NCBI GenBank assembly: GCA_944358535.1
Contig: CALVRH010000007.1
Span: 1-32,000 of the forward strand
From: an uncultured Bacilli bacterium
GTDB lineage: Bacteria; Bacillota_I; Bacilli_A; RF39; UBA660
Length of the DNA: 32,000 nt
Direction of reading: 5' to 3'
This document shows, piece after piece, positions 1 to 6,142 of this stretch (its first letter is position 1; every line of letters starts with the position of its first letter). Under the pieces are notes generated by a model that worked only from the letters and a program-made list of their open reading frames with translations, made no database searches and was not told the origin of the DNA. Made by a program: the position numbers and the translations under genes.

Positions 1-55
1 ATTAATTATAACAAAAAAAAGATAACAAAAATAGGTTCTTTAAAATTTCTTTAAT

Positions 56-300
56 TATTAGCTTGACAGCATTGGGTCGCCACCCTAATTTATATTATTT
101 ATTTGTCAAAATTTATGTTTAGATACCTTGTTCAATTTCCTTCATATATATTTTTAGTCCTTCAAACATTATATTAACTGCTGCATTATAATCACGTTCA
201 TGCTCTGTATGACATACTGGACATTCCCATTTTCTTAACTTCAAATCTTTGACTTCCTTGTTTTGATAATTACATACACTGCATATTTGACTACTTGGAT
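56..300 (-). ncRNA. Putative omega-RNA (reRNA) of TnpB copy 1
   Basis: By analogy with characterised TnpB systems, the RNA spans the tnpB 3' end and the RE. The conserved block ...AAATTAGGGTGGCGAC (minus strand) ends at 76. The next 20 nt (CCAATGCTGTCAAGCTAATA, 56-75) would be the guide. The 5' limit is a guess. Confidence 0.3.
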
Positions 301-1342
301 AATATCTATCTATTTGAATTAGTTTTTTATTATTCCAGTTAGCTTTATATTTAAGTACTTTAATTATTTCTGAAATAGGATTTTCGTTTAGTCCTTTAGC
401 CACATAGTGATTCTTCTGCATACTTTTTACATCTAAATTTTCTGTTACTATAATGTCATTTTCGTTTATTAATTTATTTGTTATATCATGTATCATGTGC
501 TTTCTTGCATTTCTTATCTTTTGATATAATCTTTGTATTTTTAGTTTCATCTTATATCTATTTTTACTACCTTTTTTACATCTAGATATTCCTCTTTGTA
601 AGCCAATCATTCTTTTTGTATTTAGTTTTATTTTGTTTTCTATTTTCTCATTAAATGATGTTACTATTAAATCTTTTATTCCTAAATCTATTCCTATTAT
701 ACTTGTAGGTACAAATGCTGGTCTTATTAGTTCTTCGTTGGTTAAGACACTTACATAATATTTACCGGCATCTTTTTTTATAACAGCACTTTTTACTTCA
801 CCAGGCACTACTTCTTTATTTCTATATCCTCTTATCTTTACTTCTTTTAATTTAGGTAAAGTGATTGTTTTATTTTTTAAATCTAGTTTAATACTATTAT
901 AATGATTTCCTTTATAACTACTTTTAATATTATTAGTTTTATAACTTTCATGAACTCCTTTTGCTTTAAATCTAGGATAGCCACTTCCATTAAAAAATCT
1001 TTTATAAGCATCTTCTAAATTAAATAGACTATTTCTAAGTGCACAGCTATCTACTTCTTTTAAAAATGGATATTCTTTAGAGAGTGATGGTATTAATTTC
1101 ATTTGGTCATAAGCTGTTTTACTTTTGCCAGTTTCTTTATATTCTTTTATTTTATCATCCAAAAAATGATTATAAAGAAATCTTGAACATCCAAATGTTT
1201 TATTAATTAACTCTTCTTGCTCTTTAGTTGGATACATTCTAAACACATAGCCTTTAAGTACTTGCATATTATCACCCTCTATCATTGTTGCAATCAATAT
1301 ATCACATACAGATGTTCTTGTAAATAACTTTTTGCAAACTTT
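76..1342 (-). mobile_element. IS200/IS605-family tnpB-only (IS1341-like) element, copy 1
   Basis: Boundaries come from alignment with the second copy (15956-17223). Similarity begins at gtcgc(c/t)accctaatttatattatttattt on the RE side and ends at ttgtaaataactttttgcaaacttt on the LE side. Flanks are unrelated and there is no tnpA. Confidence 0.6.
119..1267 (-). CDS. tnpB: TnpB RNA-guided endonuclease (RuvC-like, Zn-finger)
   Basis: OrfB/TnpB hallmarks are present: IGIDLGIKDL (D), IVTENLDV (E), CSVCNY...CPVCH zinc finger and HERDYNAAVNI (D). The start is moved to ATG 1267, which follows GAGGGTGA. The 35 upstream codons of the tracked ORF lack an SD and are absent from copy 2. Confidence 0.85.
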   Translation of the reverse strand: MQVLKGYVFRMYPTKEQEELINKTFGCSRFLYNHFLDDKIKEYKETGKSKTAYDQMKLIPSLSKEYPFLKEVDSCALRNSLFNLEDAYKRFFNGSGYPRFKAKGVHESYKTNNIKSSYKGNHYNSIKLDLKNKTITLPKLKEVKIRGYRNKEVVPGEVKSAVIKKDAGKYYVSVLTNEELIRPAFVPTSIIGIDLGIKDLIVTSFNEKIENKIKLNTKRMIGLQRGISRCKKGSKNRYKMKLKIQRLYQKIRNARKHMIHDITNKLINENDIIVTENLDVKSMQKNHYVAKGLNENPISEIIKVLKYKANWNNKKLIQIDRYYPSSQICSVCNYQNKEVKDLKLRKWECPVCHTEHERDYNAAVNIMFEGLKIYMKEIEQGI

Positions 1343-1367
1343 ATAAAAAAGTATGACTTTCCTATTG

Positions 1368-1400
1368 TACAAAAAAAGCTTTAATTTTGTTATTAAAGCT
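1368..1400 (-). terminator. Rho-independent terminator of the pilin gene
   Basis: A 9-bp stem (agctttaat / attaaagct) overlaps the stop codon. It is followed on the minus strand by a T7 run (A-run 1370-1376 on plus). Confidence 0.6.
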
Positions 1401-1773
1401 AATTACATTCAGTTTCACAAGTTTCAACATATTCATATTTATATTGATTATTTGAACTATCATAAGTGATTCTAACGCAACCATCCATTTTTTCATTGGT
1501 AGTTGGATCAATGACATCTTTATCACTTTCTAAGTATCCTTCAGTTTTTAGGAAATCTACTTTTACGTCACATGCTGTTTCCGGTAGTTTTCGCCAGTTA
1601 TCGGTTCCCCATCTTTCGGCAGCATTAATAAGAGTATTTTTTTGCTCTTCTAGGGTATCTTCTTTAGAATTATTGATAAGTCCAACAATGGTTGGGACAG
1701 CAATAGCTGCGAGTATTCCTAAGATAACGATTACAGCAAGTAATTCGATGAGTGTAAAAGCTTTATTTTTCAT
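1399..1773 (-). CDS. Prepilin-type N-terminal cleavage/methylation domain protein (type IV pilin / ComGC-like pseudopilin), orphan
   Basis: The N-terminus MKNKAFTLIELLAVIVILGILAAIAVP is a class III signal peptide with the FTLIE motif. The C-terminal globular part contains 4 Cys. SD is AGGTGA. Confidence 0.8.
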   Translation of the reverse strand: MKNKAFTLIELLAVIVILGILAAIAVPTIVGLINNSKEDTLEEQKNTLINAAERWGTDNWRKLPETACDVKVDFLKTEGYLESDKDVIDPTTNEKMDGCVRITYDSSNNQYKYEYVETCETECN

Positions 1774-1790
1774 AGTATCACCTAGTTTAA

Positions 1791-1819
1791 ATTATACGTT
1801 CTTTAAGTTTAAGTGTCAA
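1791..1819 (-). promoter_or_regulatory. Consensus sigma-A promoter of the pilin gene
   Basis: The minus strand reads TTGACA, a 17-nt spacer, then TATAAT. The SD and ATG follow about 20 nt downstream. Confidence 0.65.
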
Positions 1820-1829
1820 TAATGAAGGG

Positions 1830-1870
1830 TTACATTCTCCAAAGATTCCTTTATTTTGACAATGTGTAAA
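1830..1870 (-). repeat. Conserved ~42-nt promoter-upstream element, copy A
   Basis: The minus strand TTTACACATTGTCAAAATAAAGGAATCTTTGGAGAATGTAA matches 15734-15775 (plus strand). The match includes an identical 19-mer, AGGAATCTTTGGAGAATGT. Confidence 0.7.
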
Positions 1871-1939
1871 TTAACATTTTGATGCTGTTAAAATATTTTA
1901 TTTTAAATAATAATGAATTAAATAAATGCTTGTTATGAT

Positions 1940-1968
1940 TTGCCTTTATGTTAAAAATGTGTTATGAT
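1940..1968 (+). promoter_or_regulatory. Sigma-A promoter with extended -10
   Basis: TTGCCT, a 17-nt spacer, then TATGAT preceded by TGT. Confidence 0.45.
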
Positions 1969-1974
1969 GTATAT

Positions 1975-2088
1975 AGATGAAGGAAACTTCATACAATATT
2001 AAAGGAACATTCAATAGCTCATTGTTGGATGTATCAAAAAGTTTTTTGGACACCTAAATCATGGTAGATGAGTTAGGTGCCTTTTTCT
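1975..2088 (+). ncRNA. Candidate ~110-nt small RNA (antitoxin-like), convergent with the small ORF 2087-2170
   Basis: Bounded by the promoter at 1940-1968 and the hairpin plus T-run at 2048-2088. There is no SD-preceded ORF inside. Confidence 0.25.
2048..2088. terminator. Terminator hairpin shared by convergent units
   Basis: Stem cacctaa (2051-2057) / ttaggtg (2073-2079) is followed by cctttttc on plus. An A/T-rich tract on the other side gives weaker minus-strand termination. Confidence 0.5.
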
Positions 2089-2170
2089 ATTTAAATAATA
2101 TAATGAATATTAAAATAAATAGAAGGTAGATCATGGCATAAAGAGCTTTTTCTCTTTTTGTCACAAGCAT
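2087..2170 (-). CDS. Candidate 27-aa hydrophobic peptide (type I toxin-like), MLVTKREKALYAMIYLLFILIFIILFK
   Basis: Not in the ORF track because it is under 60 aa. GGAGGTG lies immediately upstream, so the ATG spacing is only 2 nt, while an in-frame GTG sits 8 nt from the SD. A 9-bp hairpin (2176-2198) overlaps the SD, and a promoter lies at 2231-2259. Confidence 0.3.
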   Translation of the reverse strand: MLVTKREKALYAMIYLLFILIFIILFK

Positions 2171-2230
2171 CACCTCCAATTCTAAATTATAGAATTGGTG
2201 CACCCAACTTATTAAATGTTCCTTAAATCG

Positions 2231-2259
2231 ATTATAACATAATGTTATTAGATGCACAA
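2231..2259 (-). promoter_or_regulatory. Sigma-A promoter facing the small hydrophobic ORF
   Basis: The minus strand reads TTGTGC, a 17-nt spacer, then TATAAT with an extended TGT. Confidence 0.45.
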
Positions 2260-2301
2260 TATTTTTTTACATTTTGTTATTTTTTTGGGATGTGATAATA
2301 T

Positions 2302-3408
2302 ATGAAAAGTGTTGGAATAATTTGTGAGTATAACCCATTTCATAATGGACATCTATATCATATAAATAAGGTTAAAAAAATGTATCCTGATTATGCTGTT
2401 ATTGCTGTTGTTAATGGTAACTTTACTCAAAGAGGTGATATCAGTTTAATAGATAAGTGGGAAAAAACTAAAGTTGCTTTGAATTATGTTGATTTAGTTG
2501 TTGAACTACCTTTTGTATTTGGAACGCAGGCTGCTGATATTTTTACTAAAGGTGGATGTGATATTTTAAATGCTTTAAAGGTGGATGCCTTTGTTTTTGG
2601 TAGTGAAAGTGCGGATTTAGAAAAGCTTAATGAAATAGTTAAAGTTCAAGAAAGTGCAGAATATAGTAATATAATTAAAACTTATTTAGATGAAGGGTTT
2701 AACTACCCTACTAGTTTAGCTAAAGCATTAAAAGATTTTGGTATTACTTTAGAAAATAATCCTAATGATTTACTAGGAATTGGTTATATTAGAAATTTAA
2801 AAAATGTAGAAATTAGGGCTATTAAAAGAACTAATGATTATCATAGTTATAAATTACAAAAAATTTCTAGTGCGACTAGCATTAGAGAGGCTTTAAAAAA
2901 AGGAACTGATGTTAGAGAGTATGTTCCTAAAGAGAGTTATGAGAGTTTTAGTGATTTACATTTTTGGGATAATTATTTTGATTTACTTAAATATAAAATA
3001 ATAAGTACAGATGATTTAAGTATTTATCAAACTGTAGATGAAGGTATTGAAAATAGGATTAAGAAAAACATTTTAAAAGCTAATAATATTGAGGAATTAA
3101 TTAATTTAGTTAAGTCAAAAAGATATACATATAATAAACTTAAGAGAATGTTTTTACACATTTTATGTTCGTTTACAAAGGAAGAAGCTAAAAGGTGTGA
3201 GAATATTCAATATATTAGAGTTTTAGGTTTTAATGATAAAGGTAGACATTATTTAAATAGTATTAAGAAAGAATGTAAGTTACCAATTATTACTAAGTAT
3301 GATGATGATTTTGAAATGATGAGAATAGAAAATAGAGTAAGTAATATTTATAATATTAAAAAAGATGACTTTTTAGAGGAATATAAGCATAAGCCTATAA
3401 TCCATTAG
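2302..3408 (+). CDS. tmcAL: tRNA(Met) cytidine acetate ligase (UPF0348/YlbM-type nucleotidyltransferase)
   Basis: The N-terminus GIICEYNPFHNGHLYHI carries the HxGH nucleotidyltransferase motif. Length and layout are typical of the YlbM/TmcAL family. Confidence 0.75.
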   Translation: MKSVGIICEYNPFHNGHLYHINKVKKMYPDYAVIAVVNGNFTQRGDISLIDKWEKTKVALNYVDLVVELPFVFGTQAADIFTKGGCDILNALKVDAFVFGSESADLEKLNEIVKVQESAEYSNIIKTYLDEGFNYPTSLAKALKDFGITLENNPNDLLGIGYIRNLKNVEIRAIKRTNDYHSYKLQKISSATSIREALKKGTDVREYVPKESYESFSDLHFWDNYFDLLKYKIISTDDLSIYQTVDEGIENRIKKNILKANNIEELINLVKSKRYTYNKLKRMFLHILCSFTKEEAKRCENIQYIRVLGFNDKGRHYLNSIKKECKLPIITKYDDDFEMMRIENRVSNIYNIKKDDFLEEYKHKPIIH

Positions 3409-3415
3409 TCATCTT

Positions 3416-4825
3416 TTAAATTGTATCAATTTTTAAGAAGTTAGTTGTTTTAACTTCGTGCATTCTTGGGAATCCACCTGTTACAATAACGATATCGCCT
3501 TTTTCTAGGTTCATAACTTTAGATGCTTCTTTTTTACTATATTCCATCAATTCATCAATTGTATTATAGTATCCAACGATTACTGGATAAACACCATAGT
3601 TAAGAGCTAGAGCTTTAGCTACTTTAGCATCTGGACAAGCAGCAGCAATAATTGATTTTGGTTTTAATGTACTGATTTTTTTAGCGCTATAACCACTTGT
3701 GGTTGCTGCAATAATTAGTTTAACGTTTAATAAGTTAGCACTTTCAACAACATTATGTGCGATAGCACTTGGAATGTTGTTTTCTTTTGCATATGATTTT
3801 TGGTGTGCATAGTCGTAATATCTTTCAGCTTCTTCACAAGTTTCAGCCATGTATTTAACAGCATCTGCTGGATGTTTTCCGATTGTTGTTTCACCAGATA
3901 ACATAACTGCATCTGTTCCATCTAATACTGCGTTAGCAACATCTGATATTTCAGCACGTGTTGGTCTAGCGCTAGTATACATAGATGCTAACATTTCAGT
4001 TGCTACAATAACAGTACGTCCTTTTTTACGACATTTTTCAATGATTTCTTTTTGTAATACTGGAAGTTTATTCATAGGTACTTCAACACCTAAATCTCCA
4101 CGAGCAACCATAACTCCATCACTTACTTCGATGATGTCATCGATGTTTTTGATGGCTCTATGACTTTCAACTTTAGAGATTATTTGCATGTCTTCTCTAC
4201 CATGCTCTTTTAATATTTCTCTAGCTGCTAAAACATCTTCTTTACTACTTACAAATGATAGGGCTAGATAGTCACCATCGTGCTCACAAGCATAAATGAT
4301 ATCTTCTCTATCTTGTCTACTTATGAATGGCATATTTAAATGAACACCTGGTACATTGACACTTTTTCTACTTCCTAATACTCCACCGTCAATTATTTTA
4401 CAGTTAAGTCCATTTTCTAATTTTTCGGTTACTTCTAGTTTCATTAATCCATCTTCTAGTAAGATAACGCTTCCTACTTCAATGCTATCTAAAGCATCTT
4501 TATAGTTTACGGTGATGGCTTCTTCAGTTCCTAGAATATCATCTTTTACAATTTTAATAGTTTTTCCTTCGACTAAGTTGATTTGATCATTAGTCATATT
4601 TCCTGTACGGAAATCTGGCCCTTTAGTATCAAATAAAACAGCTACATATGAACCTAAATCTTCATTAGCTTTTTTAACTAGATTTAAAGCTGTAGTTTTT
4701 TCTTCTTCTGTGGCATGAGAAAAATTAATTCTAGCTACATTCATACCATTTAATACCATTTGTTTAAATGTTTCATATTTGGCACTGCTTGGACCAATTG
4801 AACAAATTATTTTTGTTTTTTTCAT
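3416..4825 (-). CDS. pyk: Pyruvate kinase
   Basis: MKKTKIICSIGP..., MVARGDLGVE and other canonical PK blocks are present. The start is set at ATG 4825, after AAAGGAGAGG. The tracked ORF's 18 extra codons overlap mutM. Confidence 0.95.
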   Translation of the reverse strand: MKKTKIICSIGPSSAKYETFKQMVLNGMNVARINFSHATEEEKTTALNLVKKANEDLGSYVAVLFDTKGPDFRTGNMTNDQINLVEGKTIKIVKDDILGTEEAITVNYKDALDSIEVGSVILLEDGLMKLEVTEKLENGLNCKIIDGGVLGSRKSVNVPGVHLNMPFISRQDREDIIYACEHDGDYLALSFVSSKEDVLAAREILKEHGREDMQIISKVESHRAIKNIDDIIEVSDGVMVARGDLGVEVPMNKLPVLQKEIIEKCRKKGRTVIVATEMLASMYTSARPTRAEISDVANAVLDGTDAVMLSGETTIGKHPADAVKYMAETCEEAERYYDYAHQKSYAKENNIPSAIAHNVVESANLLNVKLIIAATTSGYSAKKISTLKPKSIIAAACPDAKVAKALALNYGVYPVIVGYYNTIDELMEYSKKEASKVMNLEKGDIVIVTGGFPRMHEVKTTNFLKIDTI

Positions 4826-4826
4826 G

Positions 4827-5642
4827 TTACCTCTCCTTTTGACATTTTTCACAATAATAAGTTCCGCGTCCGCCAACATTTATTTTATTTATTTTTGAAT
4901 GGCAAATAGGACACTCCTCTTTGGTGTGAACAAGTAAGTTTTGCTGAAATCTTCCGTGAACTCCTTCACTAGATTCATAGCTTTTTACGGTTGTTCCACC
5001 ATATTCTATGGCTTTTTCAAGAACCTTTCTTGTAAAATCTATAATATTTTGCAAGTCTTTGTCTTTTAAGTTTGTTGCAATAGTTTTAGGATTTATTTTA
5101 GATAAAAAGAGAATTTCATCAGCATAAATATTTCCGATACCGACAATAATAGTTTGGTCTAAAAGTTCGGTTTTAATCGGTTTTTTGTGAAATTTTTGTT
5201 TTAAGTATTCTTTGGTTAATTTTTTATCCCAAGGCTCTAACCCTAATTCATTTAATGGTTTTTCGTTAAATGCTTCATCTTTTTTTAGTAAGTACATTTT
5301 TCCAAATTTTCTGGTGTCATTATATCTTAAGTCGGTGTTATCTGAAAAGTGAAAAATAACGTGCTGGTGCTTTTCTCTAGGGTCAGTATTTTTTTTGATG
5401 TAATATTTACCTTCCATTCTAAGGTGTGATAATAGGTAATAATCATCAAGTTCAAACATTAACCACTTACCTCTTCTTTTGATGTCATGAATTATTTGAT
5501 TTTTTATTTGGTTTTCAAATTCTTTTATAGAAGGATAAGCTATTATATTATCCCAATAAATTTGAGCGGATAATATTTTTTTGTCTTTGACTTCTTTGAT
5601 TAATGTTCTTTTGACAGTTTCAACCTCAGGTAATTCAGGCAT
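4827..5642 (-). CDS. mutM: Formamidopyrimidine-DNA glycosylase
   Basis: N-terminal MPELPEVE and a C-terminal CPICHSKI...YYCEKCQ zinc finger. Confidence 0.95.
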   Translation of the reverse strand: MPELPEVETVKRTLIKEVKDKKILSAQIYWDNIIAYPSIKEFENQIKNQIIHDIKRRGKWLMFELDDYYLLSHLRMEGKYYIKKNTDPREKHQHVIFHFSDNTDLRYNDTRKFGKMYLLKKDEAFNEKPLNELGLEPWDKKLTKEYLKQKFHKKPIKTELLDQTIIVGIGNIYADEILFLSKINPKTIATNLKDKDLQNIIDFTRKVLEKAIEYGGTTVKSYESSEGVHGRFQQNLLVHTKEECPICHSKINKINVGGRGTYYCEKCQKER

Positions 5643-5650
5643 ATTACCAC

Positions 5651-5872
5651 CTACTTCTCTTTGTATTTAGCTTCAATAATTATCTTACCGTTTTTAGATT
5701 TTTTTGTTTTCTTTTTTATATATGGTTTTACACTATTATATATTATATATATTCCCCAGCACACTAAGGCAAAAAGCGCTATATATATAAAAAGATGAGC
5801 TAAAAAAAATAAGATAATTATTCCTAAAATAAATAGTAAAACTTGTTTTACATTAATGTTCAAAAAAATCAC
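5651..5872 (-). CDS. Small membrane protein (two hydrophobic helices, basic tail)
   Basis: The ORF sits at the head of the mutM-pyk operon. The true start is probably TTG at 5863, 5 nt after AGGTGA. No family was recognised. Confidence 0.5.
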   Translation of the reverse strand: MIFLNINVKQVLLFILGIIILFFLAHLFIYIALFALVCWGIYIIYNSVKPYIKKKTKKSKNGKIIIEAKYKEK

Positions 5873-5879
5873 CTAATCA

Positions 5880-5908
5880 ATTATAACATGCTTTTTATGT
5901 CATTTCAA
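5880..5908 (-). promoter_or_regulatory. Sigma-A promoter of the small-ORF-mutM-pyk operon
   Basis: The minus strand reads TTGAAA, a 17-nt spacer, then TATAAT with an extended TGT. Confidence 0.55.
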
Positions 5909-5916
5909 TTGAAAAT

Positions 5917-5951
5917 AGGTGTTTTTTTGAGGTTTTTTTGAGGTTTTTTTG
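5917..5951. repeat. Three phased A7/T7 tracts (unit GAGGTTTTTTT, ~11-bp period)
   Basis: aggtgttttttt gaggttttttt gaggttttttt lies directly upstream (minus-strand sense) of the promoter at 5880-5908. Confidence 0.7.
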
Positions 5952-6142
5952 GATATTTTAGGCTCAAATTCACCATTTCTATCTCTAGGTTAAAATTCAA
6001 GTTCTTTAAAATCTCTTTTTAAATTCATTTTAGTACTTCTATTTCTATAATTTATTTTTTCTTTCATAAAAAATCTCTCCATTTCTTCTATTTTATTATG
6101 GAAAGATTTCTGTTTATACAATTTTATTTACAGGCTCATAGT

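Noticed and set aside
1268-1372. N-terminal extensions of tracked ORFs (tnpB copy 1 to 1372, copy 2 to 17178, pyk to 4879, polC to 23154, prfA to 27373, DUF1934 to 29794, XRE to 17543)
   Set aside because: In each case an internal ATG is preceded by a good SD at proper spacing. The extensions are not conserved between the tnpB copies, or they start at GTG/TTG inside the SD itself.
1466-1822. 118-aa ORF antisense to the pilin gene
   Set aside because: It lies entirely within or opposite a well-supported gene. It has Ser/Leu-rich low-complexity translation typical of antisense frames in AT-rich DNA, and no SD.
1977-2057. 26-codon plus-strand ORF (MKETSYNIKGTFNSSLLDVSKSFLDT) inside the candidate sRNA
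   Set aside because: It has no SD and begins at about the predicted TSS. It is treated as non-coding, although a leaderless peptide cannot be excluded.
2176-2198. Perfect 9-bp hairpin as a transcription terminator
   Set aside because: No U-run follows on either strand. Its overlap with the GGAGG of the small ORF fits an SD-sequestering structure better.
3727-4163. ORFs at 3727-3921 (-) and 3849-4163 (+) inside pyk
   Set aside because: They are alternative or antisense frames of a canonical pyruvate kinase gene, with no independent signals.
5917-5951. Tandem GAGGTTTTTTT repeats as a CRISPR array or microsatellite
   Set aside because: There are only three 11-nt units and no spacers. They are better explained as phased A-tracts upstream of a promoter.
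5990-6067. 25-codon basic ORF (MKEKINYRNRSTKMNLKRDFKELEF) with a GGAGAG SD downstream of the vWA gene
   Set aside because: It is short, has no recognisable features and cannot be supported without conservation or expression data. It is noted in case it turns out to be a fourth operon member.
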